Shown here: in pieces, positions 17,337 through 30,070 of the stretch
Position numbering within the stretch: position 1 is the stretch's first letter
How the letters are laid out: each line of letters starts with the position of its first letter
From: the human T2T-CHM13v2.0 reference genome, Homo sapiens
Direction: 5' to 3' (one strand)
Assembly (NCBI RefSeq): GCF_009914755.1
Contig: NC_060925.1
Length of the DNA stretch: 64,000 nt
Notes under the pieces: generated by a model
What the model saw: only the letters and a program-made list of their open reading frames with translations
Told to the model about the DNA's origin: nothing
The model's database searches: none
Position numbers and translations under genes: made by a program

Positions 17337-18585
17337 CTAGGATCCAGACAACCCAGACGTCTCACTGCCTCCCTGTCCCTGCCTTTTCCTGCATGATCCT
17401 CTCTGCTGGGTTGCCCTTTCTACCTTTCTCCTCCATGGAAACATATTAGTTCTCATTTAAGACCCAGCTCAAAAGCCTCCTCCTCCAAGCAGCCTTCCCT
17501 GCCTCCCTCAGGCAGAACAGCTCCTTCTGGGCACCCACCTGCATGAAAGCACCTCTTCCCCACCCACACCTCCCTCCTGCCTGAGGCGGGCACAGGGCAT
17601 GTGCTCGATGAAGCCTGTAGCCTGGGGGCTCCAGGTCCAGGCCTCTGAAAAACCCACCTCCCTTGTCCAGCCAAGCCCTCAGGTGGCTTATCACAGGGCC
17701 ACTTTCTCTTTGTTGCTCTTCCTGAGTCCTTCTTGGTTCTGGGCTGGAGGGGGCTTGGACCGAACCTCCCTCCTGCAGGTGACCAAGCCCCTGGCCTCTG
17801 CCCATCTCTGAGTCTAGGTTCTCCGCTGCTCCCCTAGGGAGGAGCATCTCAGAATAACAAAGTGCCCAGGAAGGTAAGAACAGCCGGGCAGGGGCAGATG
17901 GACTAGAAAAGGCCCGGCAGTGGGCAGACCTGAGGGCAGCCATGTACCCTCAGGCAGGTAGCCAGGCAGCTGGCCCTTCCCCACCCAGGGGCTCCGGCCT
18001 CAGCTGGGGCCGTCGCTTGCCTCCCAGCAGAGGCCTTGAGCTTCTGATGGGAACTGGACATCCGAGGGCCCCTACAGACCCAGCCACCCCCAGGCCTCAG
18101 GCAGGGGCAGGCGGGGCCTCCTCAGCCTCCAATCCCTCACCTTCTGGTTCGCATTTGCAGCCTTTTCCGGAGCGCCACCCGCCACCCGCTGCCTCCCCAC
18201 GCCTGCCAAGATTCCTGGGCCTCTGCGGCTACCCTGCGTGGTGGCGGCAGCAGCGGCAGCAGGAGGGGCTGGGCTGGGCAGGGAGGGGGCCTGGCGGGAG
18301 CACAGCCAGGCCACTGCACCCAGGCTGGGCCAAGCAAACACGGCCCCGCCAAGGAGCCAGGCGAAATAGTTCACAAATGAGAAAAAGCTGCTTCCGAGTT
18401 GGGCCAGGGTTTTAAAGCCCGGGCTGCAGGGAGCTGAGGTCACATACAAAAGGGGTGGCTCACAGGACTCTCTGGGCCTGGGAGGGGCTTCCGGTGCAGC
18501 AGGAGGGAGTGAGGTTAGACAGCAATGAACACAGGCCTCATCTGGCCTGAGATATCAGAAAACCCCATCCCCAAACCTAGCTTAC

Positions 18586-18630
18586 CTTTCAGGTCGGAGG
18601 GGCCTGGGAAGGTTCCAGCAGAGGCAGGGC
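18586..18630 (-). other. COL8A2: COL8A2 45-nt non-coding (5'UTR) exon
   Basis: Strong acceptor tttctcttgttcatcctcag| and strong donor GAAAG|GTAAGC bracket 45 nt of unique sequence; agrees with my recollection of the COL8A2 leader. Confidence 0.8.
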
Positions 18631-18656
18631 CTGAGGATGAACAAGAGAAACAGTGA

Positions 18657-18950
18657 GGCTATGGGGCAGTGGCTCAAGCTTGTAATCCCAGCACTTTGGG
18701 AGGCTAAGGTGGGAAGACTGCTTGAGCCCAGGAGTTTGAGACCAGCCTGGGCAACATAGGGAGACATTGTCTGTACTAAAAATTTTTAAAAATTAGCTGG
18801 GCATGATGGTGCACGCCTATAGTCCCAGCTACTTAGGAGGCTGAGGTGGGTGGTATTGCTTGAGCCCAGGAGTTCAAGACTGCAGTAAGCTATGATTGCA
18901 CCACTGCACTCCTGAGACAGGGCAAGACTCTGTCTCAAAAAAAAAAAAAG
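18657..18950 (+). mobile_element. Alu (AluJ-like) just upstream of the COL8A2 exon 2 acceptor
   Basis: Alu consensus; aacagtgag on both flanks. Confidence 0.88.
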
Positions 18951-20429
18951 GAGGAACAGTGAGACGATGACATCAGGAGCCTGGGAAGCCTCCTGCCCTA
19001 ACCCACAGCCACACCAGTGCCTGCCCCGGGCTTCTTACCAGAACCCCCTGCTGGAAACCCGGCCCCAATCTCAGTCTCTCTTCTCAGTTCCCTCCTCCCC
19101 TGAGGGAAGCAGGGTATGTGCCCCATACTCCACAACTCCATTCATTCAGTGCACACTTAGCAATACCCACGGGGTGCCTGGCCCTGGATTCAAGGAGTTC
19201 CTACTGTCCTAGGGCCCAGGCTGAGGATGCCCCTTCTGTGTCCCGGGTTCCCACGCTGGAGAAGTCCCTCCCATATGTCAGCTCTGGTTTGGGGTGGCCC
19301 CTACTTTGGGTTAGGATCCCTGCTGGGGAAGCTTCTACTATGTGGAGGACCCAAGCCTGGGTCATGGACCACAGAAATGGTTCAACCCCATACCCTGCCC
19401 TGCCTTGCCCTGAAGGGCTGGGGGCATCAGACAAGCGGTCATCACACAATTGGCAAAGATCTCTGGGCTGTGGGAGCATGAAGCAGGGAATACTGCCGAC
19501 TTAAGCTTCCCCTGAAGGCTTCATGGAGAAAGGGACACTGCAGCTGGGTCCTGAAGGATGAGTCGGAGTCTGAAAGGCAGATGAGGTGATAGAAGGAATT
19601 TCAGGTAGTAATATACAGGGAAGGTCCAGAAGTGCTGTGGGATGGGGAGGCTGGGGCAACATGGTGAGGAAATCTGAATGCCATGCTTGCATTTCTCTGG
19701 AGAGCAATGGGGAGCCATGGAGGGTTATTTAGTGGGGGAAGTGATGTGGTCAGAGCCCTGGATGGCTAGGTCCCCATTTCTGCCTCAATCAGGTGTGGTG
19801 CCAGGATCTAACAAAAGTCGTAGTCCAGGTCACATAGCTGTACGCAGAGGATCCAGAGCTAAAGTCCAGACCCAGACATGACTCCGGGGTAGATGGGGAG
19901 GGGATGCCCAGCCAGCCCACCTGGCAGGGAGGCCTGCAGGCCGCGTCACTCTCTCCCCCAGCTGCTTGCTTGCCTCTGCCTGCTCCCATGGAAACTCTGA
20001 CATCCAGTCCTGTCTGTAGCTGCACAAGCAGCCAGATGCTGGAGCCAGCAGCAACTAGGCCTTCTCTCCAACTCAGCTGAGCCCTGCCTCCATCCTGCCA
20101 CTCTGAACACTATGACCCCAGAGCTGGGTCATGGGGCCACAGCCTGGATGATGGAGCCCAGGTAGGAGGACCCTCCAGCTCAGCTTAGCCCCAGCTTCTC
20201 TGGCCCCAGCCCCGTCCCTGCACCATGAGACTCTGGGAGAAGAAATGACTTAAGCTGGCTCTGGGCTTTGAAGGATGAACATGGATTTAACTGGTTGGTA
20301 GTGGAGAGAGGTGATCAGTCCTGGGCCAAGGCAACAGCATGTGTGAGAGTGTAAAAGCCCTGAATATATTCAGGGGATGGAGAGAATCCAAATAAAATAG
20401 ACAAACACATGAACTAACTAATCATAGCT

Positions 20430-20800
20430 AATATTCATTGTGTACCCACTGTGTGCCAGGTACCGTTCTGGGTGTTCTCATGAATTATCTCATTTAATCC
20501 TCACAACAACCCAGTGACAAAAGTATTTCATCTTCCCTTTTTACAGATGAGAAAACTAAGGGACAGAGAGGATAAGTAACTGGCCCAACATCACACAGCT
20601 CATGAAAAGTAGAGCCTGGAGCTGGGCACAGTGGCTCACACCTGTAATCCCAGCACTTTGGGAGGCCAAGGCAGGAGAATCACTTGAGTTCAGGAGTTTG
20701 AGTCCAGCCTGGGCAACATAGTGATACCCCCATCTCTTAAAAAAAAAAAAAAAAAAGTAGAACCTGAATTTGAACCCTGGCTGCAGGCTCCAAAGCCTAG
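20430..20800. mobile_element. MIR (minus) containing an Alu left monomer/FLAM (20620-20757, plus)
   Basis: ttttacagatgagaaaactaag MIR core; monomeric Alu with poly-A. Confidence 0.75.
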
Positions 20801-23084
20801 GCTTTTCACCATACAGATGATTTGAGGAGAGGAGACCTGGCTGGGGCCAGACTGAGAAATGCCTTGAATATCAGGATCAGAGATGCGGATCCTACCTAAA
20901 GCTGCTTCCCCATTCCCTTCCCCCATGTTAACCGTTAAGAACAACGGTGTCTGCATCCCAAGTTCATTGTATGCACTGGACATAGCACTAGGCACACTCC
21001 TGGCACTATTGGCTCCTGTAACCATGGAAGGTTGGAACTGCTGTCCCATTTTACTGAGGAGGAGCACTGGGTCCCAGAGAGGTCACATCCATTCTCTAAG
21101 GAAACCAGGCTAGGAAGTGAAGGAGGTGGGATCTGAACCCAGCTCTGCCTGGCCCCCAGGTGGCTAAAGCCCTGTATACCTGGGCTCCCTGAAGACCTCA
21201 GCCACGGGCCCTGCCCCCTACTCCTGCTCTACCCCACCTGTGCTGCCTCAACCTAGATGGCACCAGGGACAGGCAAGGCTGGGAGCAGAGTGGGCAGCTA
21301 CTATCAGGTGCCTCAGGAGTCCACTCCAGTGGGCCAAGGCCCCCTCTGTCTTACAAATAGGAAGCTGGGGTGAGTGGGTAAGCCAGGGCGGTGCCTGAGC
21401 CGACTTCAATGGGACTCTGTTCTTAACCTTCACCCCCAGCTGCCTTCCCTAATCCCCTCCTGGAGCCCCTCCCCTGGCGACGTCTCCCCTTTGCACAGAG
21501 CCTGCCGCTGTTGGCTAAATCCCAGACCAGATGTGGGTGGGACAGTCTGCACCCCCCGCCCCCCACCCCCAACCAGCTTCTGAGAGCTGCAGGGTTCCAG
21601 GGAGGCTGGCCAGGGCCTCAGGCCCGCTTCCCCATTCCAACTTTCCAGACTGAGGTGCTGATGGCCATGAGGTGAACAATTGGCTCCTGCCAGAGATGGG
21701 GCTCATGGGAAAATTTCCCATTTCTGAGCTCCTACTACGGGCAGGCTCTGGACTAAGAGTCTTGCTTTAAAAATCATGTCGGATTAAGAGGACCTCTCTG
21801 GAGCCCAGCTGCATGCATCCTTATCTCAGCCCTAGCTCTTACTAGCATGAGACCTCCACCTGGGCCTCAGCTTCTTCATCAATGAAATGGGAACTCCAGG
21901 CATTATTTACTCCCGTAACCCTGGAAGGCTGGAACTGCTGTCCCATTTTACTGAGGAAGAGTGCTAGGTCCCAGAGAGGTCACATCCATTCTCCAAGGTA
22001 AGCAGGCTAGGAAGTGAAAGGGGTGGAATCTGAATCCAGCTCTGCCCAGCCCATATAAAGCTGCCCAGCTCAGCTTCACAGAGCATTTGTGAGGATTAAA
22101 CAAGTTAATTTTGTGTAACGGACTCAGAGCAGTGCTTGGCATATAGGAATCCTAAATAAATATGCCCTATTATAAATATAATCACTGGCCTGGCACAGTG
22201 GTGAACCCAAGTTCACCATTTGCCCAAGTTCCCCCAGCCAGGGAAGGATGGTCCCAGAGCTTGGCCCCAAGCTAAGCAAGTCCAAAGATGAGGACAACCT
22301 TCTGGCTCCCCCAAGCTGAGGCATGGTGTGTACTGGGGTGAAGGTCAGTCCCCCGCACCCCCTCAGTCCCTCCTGCCTGACCCCCAGGGGTTCCAACCCC
22401 AATCCAGCCCCTGCTGCCGCTGCAGGAGGGGGCTCTGCATTCCTGGCTAAGCAGCTGGATTTGCTGTGCTCCAGGAACTATGAAAAGAATGCTTGCCATG
22501 AGCAGAGCCGTGGTCGCCTGTCAGGGAGCGTGGCCTGGAGTGCCCACGCAGAGCTTGGTGGCAGCCAGCACAGTGGGAAGGAAGGAGGCTAGCCAGAAAG
22601 GAGAACTTCCGGGTGGTGGGGGCTGTGGACACTGGACGGGTGTGGAGACCAAAGAGTTGGCCACCTGGGATCTTTCAGGAGATAACTGACCCCTCTACCC
22701 CGCAATCTAGGTTTCTCCTCACCACAGGTTGTAAGGAGAGGCAGGCTGGCACTGCTGGCCCAGCTCATGGATGGGGTTACACAGACTCAGAGGAAAACTC
22801 TCCTGAGGTCACACAGCAGCCAGTGGCAGAATTGAGACCAGAGGCCAGGACCCCCAGCTCAGGCCCCGCCTCTTCACAGAGGCTTCCCTCCCTTGCAGGA
22901 CCCACCAGGGACCACCAAGGGTTCCTAGATAATAGAAAATACCATCCCAGCCCTCACGGTTCTGGGCTCTCTCTGGGTCTGACCTTCTCATGCCTGCTAT
23001 TCCTCTTTCCCCCTCCACAAAAAACCCCTTGTGCTATGAAGATGCCCCACACACTGTAGACGTACGACAATTGAGATTCCATTC

Positions 23085-24612
<1,528 letters not shown>

Positions 24613-26409
24613 AAAGAAATCACAAAACCCAGTAAGGTTCCCTCTGCTCCATGTCCTTTGAGGGAGGGCAGCCTTTGTGAGGAAGGGCACCTGGGCCTGG
24701 GATCCTGGCCTCTGTTTCGATTCTGCCTCTGGCTGCCGTGTGACCTCAGGTGAGTTCCCCTCTGAGTCTCCATAACCCCATCCATGAGCTGGGCCAGCAG
24801 TGCCACCTGGCTCTCCCCATGAGGCACTAGCCCTCCGCCACCCCCACATGTGACCTCTTCTTCCCCTTCAAAAGCCAGGAATCCCAGCCCATCCAGGCTG
24901 CATGGGGATAGTCAGCCTCCAATTCAGAACTTTCCAAGAATCTGAATAGAAGCACGGCCAGGTCCTCCCCAGTCCACTCCCAGGGTCCAACCAGAGAGGC
25001 GGAATGGACACTGATCGGAAGATCTAGGTGCTGTGCCCCCATTGCATGTGTGACCTGGAACTACTCCTCACCTCTCTGCAGGCAAAACAACTCTGGAGAC
25101 CAGTACAGCATTCCCATTTTAGAGATGGGGAAACTGAGGCACAGAGCTGGGAAGTCCTAGATCTGTCTGACTCCCAATGCCAGCTCATCTCCACACAGCA
25201 CATGCTGCCTTACTCAAGATCTGCTGTCCACACTCCACCCACTCTGGAAATGCCCTCAGAACAAAGTGGGCCTGGAATTCTCTTTCTGGGAGTCAGACTT
25301 CCATGACTGGTACTTGGGCACATGTGTGTCCACATATGGCCTCGCAAACCCACCCAGGCTTCAAGGCTACACTCAGCCCCCAGCTCCCAGTCATCTCAAC
25401 TTATCAGACCCCAGCGCCAAACCCACATCTCCCCTGCACCTGCCTTCTCTGGGGACAGGCCACAGCCATCCAGTGCAAGGCTTCTGGCCCCATCGCCAAC
25501 CGGCTTACTCCTTTCCATCTACTTCTTCCTCTCATCCCCATGGCAACCGCCCACTTCATCCCCCGTCACCTTTCTCCTTAAACTCTGCCCAGCCTCCTCT
25601 GTGATCTCCCTTGCCTCGAAGATCCCCCCTTCATCCTTGTTCCCCAGAGCAGCCAGAGTGATTCCCAGATTATATCATTCACAGCTCACACCCTTTCTCT
25701 AGACAGGGCCCTTAGAAATCTGACCTCAAAGTCATGAGTCCCTCCCACTCCCCAGTGTGATCCAACAGTGCCCATTACTCCCATTACTCACTGTCCCTGA
25801 GAGAACCCTGAAGCTTCCCCCTCCACACCTCTGCACGAGCTGTGCCCTCAGCCAGGAACACCCTCCCATTCACCCTTTCCACCCCCTGCACCTGTCAAAA
25901 TTATCATCTTCGAAAGCCCTGGCCAGATTACCTCTTAGGTGCCACCTTCCCTGATCTGCACTTTGGCTTGCATGGTGCCCCTCCTCGGGTACCTAGTAGG
26001 GCACCGTGAGACCACAGCCACACCCCAGAGGAGAGGCCGCTGTGTCTCTCTCGTTCCTCCGACCCGACACTATAATTTCCTCCTGCCACGGATGGGACCA
26101 GCGCATCTGAGACCCCACTTCCCTGTAAGAGGTGCCCCATCCCTGCCACTGAGAGTTCTGGAGCGGGCTGGGGGGCCAGCAGGGCAAGGAAGCTGGGGCT
26201 GTGCGTCCTTTGTTCCGGCTCAGGCAGGAGCAGAGAAGGTAGTGGAGTACAGGGGCTCAGGCTGACAGCCCTGCTTAGTATCTTTCTCCTCCCTCTTGCT
26301 AACAGACACATTCACTTCCATATTTTCTTTCCCCTTCCTCTGAGCCAAAGAGCGGAAATTCTCATTTTCACTGTGGTAGACGAAGTGAAACCAGAGAAAG
26401 AGACCCTGG

Positions 26410-26715
26410 TGAGTGTGTCTGGGTGTGAGCGTATGTGTGTGTGTGCCGTCCTGTCTGAGTATGTCTGGCTGGGCCACGTGGGGCCTGCCATGTGTCTGTA
26501 GGAGTTTGGGTGTGTGTGCATGTGTCCGCCTGTGTCTTGTGGTGGTGTATGTTTCATTAGAGGAGGGTGTCCGCATGAATCTAATGAATGTTTGGGTCGG
26601 TGTGTGACTGTGCATGGCTCTCAGAAGGGTGCAAGGCTGTGTGTGGCTGGGTGAGCATGTCTGTGGTTTCTCCTCATTATCATCTAGGGTCATTGTGTGT
26701 CCAAGGGTTTGTAGG
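26410..26715. repeat. Degenerate TG-rich low-complexity tract in COL8A2 intron 1
   Basis: Dispersed tgtgtg runs, same polarity as the 29.3-30.1 kb tract. Confidence 0.65.
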
Positions 26716-27599
26716 TGTTCACCAGTCCACTGGGAAGCCAGTGACAGCACCTGTGCCCTGATGGAGACCACCAACCATGGTGTCTCTCCAGAGATCACCA
26801 ACTCCTGCCCTGCGGCCCCCTCTGCTTGGGGCAGTAAGGATCAGTCGATCTTAGCTCAGTCCCCAGAGAGGAACCCCAGGCTGCCTGACCCTCCAGCCAT
26901 CCAGCTCCACGGCCCCCAGATTTTTCAAATGCCCAGTACAGCTGCTGGGAGGCTGTCCTTGCCAAGGGGACTCTGCTAAGAGGAGTGGATGAGCCCCTGC
27001 TGCCAGCCTGAGCAAGAGGTACTGATAGCAGACAGGAGGGATGATTTCTGGTTGCTCCGGCACCCCTAAGGAGGTCAGCCGCACGTCTGTGTCAGGAACC
27101 CAGCATGGTCTCACACAGGCACACACACGTGCGTGCACACATACAACCAGCAAAGTTTTCCCCGTGGCAATAGCGTTCCTGGGCCCTCTGGCTGAATAGC
27201 ATTTCTCTACCTGGAGGATTTCCGGGGCTAGGGTGGCTCCAGACCCAGGGCAGAGACACTGGGAGGTTGTTCTGGGGCCCTGGGACCCCAGTCCCTCTTG
27301 GCCAGGCAGCGGCCCCTCACCCCCTGCAAGTCTCAGTCTGGAGCTGGGGGGATGCTGAGCCCCTGACAGGAACATTCCTGGGAACTTGTCTTCAGTTTGG
27401 GGCGAGGGGACTGACAGGGCACCTAGAATAGGAGGAACCTGGGGGCTAAGGCAGAAAAACCTTATAACTGGAAGGTCTCCAGCAAATCAGCAATGGCAGA
27501 GAGATGGGGGCAGGAGTGAGAGCGGGGGGATGCTAAGGCCCCTCACTCCCTCCTCTCTCCTCCACTACCCTGTGAAGGCGGCTTTTTTATCCCCACTTT

Positions 27600-28530
27600 A
27601 CAGGTGGGACGGGAGATCGGGAGGTGGTGACGCGCCCAGAGCCACATCGTCGGGGGTTGCACCCGGCACTGTCTTATGCTGGAGCCCTCGCTTCTGGGAG
27701 AGGAAGGGAGGAGGGGGCTTTACTGGGATCCTGCCGGGGAGGGAACGGGGCACAGGGAACGGGATGGGCTCCCCCATTCTAAGGCGACCCCCTGGCCCGA
27801 GTCCCCCACCGCGTCCCCACCCCGGAGTCCGAGGCGCCGGCCCTGCTATCCCGCATGGTGTTGGGGGAAGCCCAGCCCAGGTCTTGCCCTCGGAGCCCCC
27901 CAGCCCGAGCCCCGGTGCCCGCCTCCTGGCCTTTACCTGCGGGCGCGGCCGCCGGGCGCCGCTCCCGGCCCTCGAGGGCGGCCCGGGCGGCGAGGGCTCC
28001 GGGCAGGGGCGTCCGCGGCTGGGCGGGCGGCGTTGGGGTCCGGGGTCCGCGCCGGCGGGGTTCCGCGTCGCTCTGCCGGCCGCCCCTCGCGGCTGCCGGA
28101 GTGGGCGGGCGGCAGGAGGGGCGCGTCGGGGCGGGGCCTCCGCCCTCCTCTTTCCACAGCCACGGCCAAGGCCCGCGCCCCGCCCGGCCCAGCGCGCCCA
28201 GCGCGGACTCGGACGGCTGCCTCCCTCCCCGACACCCACGCCGAGCCCCCTCCACACACGCGCTCCCGGGCGGCCCGCCCCCATCCCTCCCCGTCCACCT
28301 GACCCGCGGCTCGGCCGCCGGGGAGTCCGCGCAGCCCCTGCCCTCGAGGGGCCACCTGCCTGTGGGGACGGACGCGGCTGCTGAGAAGGACGGCCAGGCG
28401 TGGTCCTGCAGGGAAGGGGCAGCTCGGGCTGGTGGCCCCCAGTGAGGAGTCCCCAGAAGGCTGCCTGCAGACGTGACCTCGGTAGGCTGAGCCCGGAGGA
28501 CTCACAGGGGCCAGTCGTGACCCGCACATT
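27600..28530. promoter_or_regulatory. COL8A2: CpG island / COL8A2 promoter
   Basis: Very GC- and CpG-rich, Alu-free, Sp1/KLF GC boxes, contains the exon 1 donor. Confidence 0.85.
27937..28100 (-). other. COL8A2: COL8A2 non-coding first exon (5' end approximate)
   Basis: Donor GCAG|GTAAAG at 27936 inside a CpG island; GC box GGGGCGGGGC at 28128-28137 just upstream. The TSS cannot be fixed from sequence alone. Confidence 0.75.
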
Positions 28531-29344
28531 CAGGCTTTAGGGCATTGAGCCGGGGTCACAGAGGCAGGCGGGAGCAGGCCAGACCTCGTCCCTCGGAAAT
28601 GGGGAGTCACGGAAGGCTCTGGAGCAGGGCAGTCACGTGGTCAGATGTGTGCTTTGGAAAGAGCCTCCCGAAGCTGTGTGGAGGAAGATAGAGGCAGGCC
28701 ACCGAGGAGGCTGCGGGAATACCCTGGCATGGTCCCATGAGGTGCACAGTGAGGGGGAAGGAAAGGGAGGGCCCAGTGTGAGGGGAGTGAGGAGGCGAAC
28801 TAGGCAGAGTTTGGGCGAGGGGCCTAGGAAGAGGCAGTGTCAAGGACAGTGCGCAGGCTTTGGGCTAGGCCTGGGGGCGGCAGGGTCTAGAAGAAGAAGG
28901 AGGACGGATGTAATGAATTGGATGAGCCTGTGGGACTTCCATGGATCCGGAAGGGAGGTGAGAGTTCTGGGATAGCGAGGAGGAATCCACGGTTTGCAGA
29001 TGGCGACTGATGCCATAGAATAAGGAGCGGGCCCAGGGAGGCGGGCAGGGCGCGGGCAGGACACTCATCAGCATTCACGGGGCTGCCCAGGGAGAGGGGT
29101 CGGCAAAGGAGACTGAGAAGATGGCAGGGACCGGGAGAGCAGTGTCCCAGAAGGCAAAGGCAGAGTGCTTCTAGAAGGCCAGGGAGGCCCACGGGATGGG
29201 CTGTCACAGAAGGACATTCTTAGGGACAGCAATTAAGGGTTGGAGGTTGGGGTGGGGGTAGGGGCAGTAGCCAGGCAGCAGGGGAGAAAGGAGGAGGCAG
29301 CAAGTGCAGAGGGAAGGGGAGATGAGGTCAGGAAAGGATTTTGG

Positions 29345-30070
29345 GGTGTGTGTGTGTGTGTGTCTGTGTGCGTGTGTGCATGTAGGTGAGTGTGGGTGTC
29401 TGTGTGTGCATGTAGGTGGGTGTGGGCGTGTGTGTGCGTGCATGTGTGTGTGCGCGTGCCTGTGTGTGTACGTGTAGGTGGGTGTGTGTGTGTGTGTGCA
29501 TGCGTGTGTGTGTGCGTGCCTGGGTGTGTGTGTGCATGCGTGTAGGTGGGTGTGGGCATATGTGGAGGTATGTGTGCTTGGGTGTGCAAGTGTGTGTGTG
29601 CGCGCATGGGTGGGGGGTCAGCATGTGTGTAGGTGTGTGGAGGGGTGGGGGTGTGTATTTGTGTGCGTGTGGGGAGGTATGTGCGTGGGGGGGTGTGGGG
29701 GGTGTGGCTGCATTTGGGTGTGTGGATGTGGCTATGTGGCTTTGTGTGGGTGTGTGTGGCTGTGTGGGTGTATTGTAGCTTTGTGTGTGTGGCTGTGTGG
29801 GGGGGGTGTGAGTGGGAGTGTGTGTGGGGGGCTGTGTTTGGGGGTATGGGTGTCTGTGTGTGTGGGTGTGTGGGTGCCGCTGTGTGTTTGTGGGTATGGG
29901 TGTGTGTGTGGCTGTGTGTGGGGATGGGAGTATGTGTGTGGCTCTGTGTTTGTGGGTGTGGGTGTGTGTGGCTGTGTGAGTGTGGGTGGGAGTGTGTGTG
30001 TGTGTTTGTGTGTCTGTGGGGGGGTGTGGGTGGCTGTGTGTGGGGGTGAGTGTGGCTGTGTGTGTGTGTA
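29345..30070. repeat. Compound (TG)n / TGTGGG / TGCATG low-complexity repeat
   Basis: ~730 bp of almost pure alternating TG interrupted by GGG, GGC and GCA; recurring subunits such as tgtgtgcatgtaggtgggtg and tgtgtggctgtgtg. Confidence 0.95.

Noticed and set aside
27386-28527. 200-330 aa Arg/Pro/Gly-rich ORFs over the COL8A2 island (similar ones at 58.7-59.7 kb)
   Set aside because: Expected in very GC-rich CpG islands; open in several frames with no recognisable domain. Only the frame continuous with COL8A2 is kept, as a low-weight finding.
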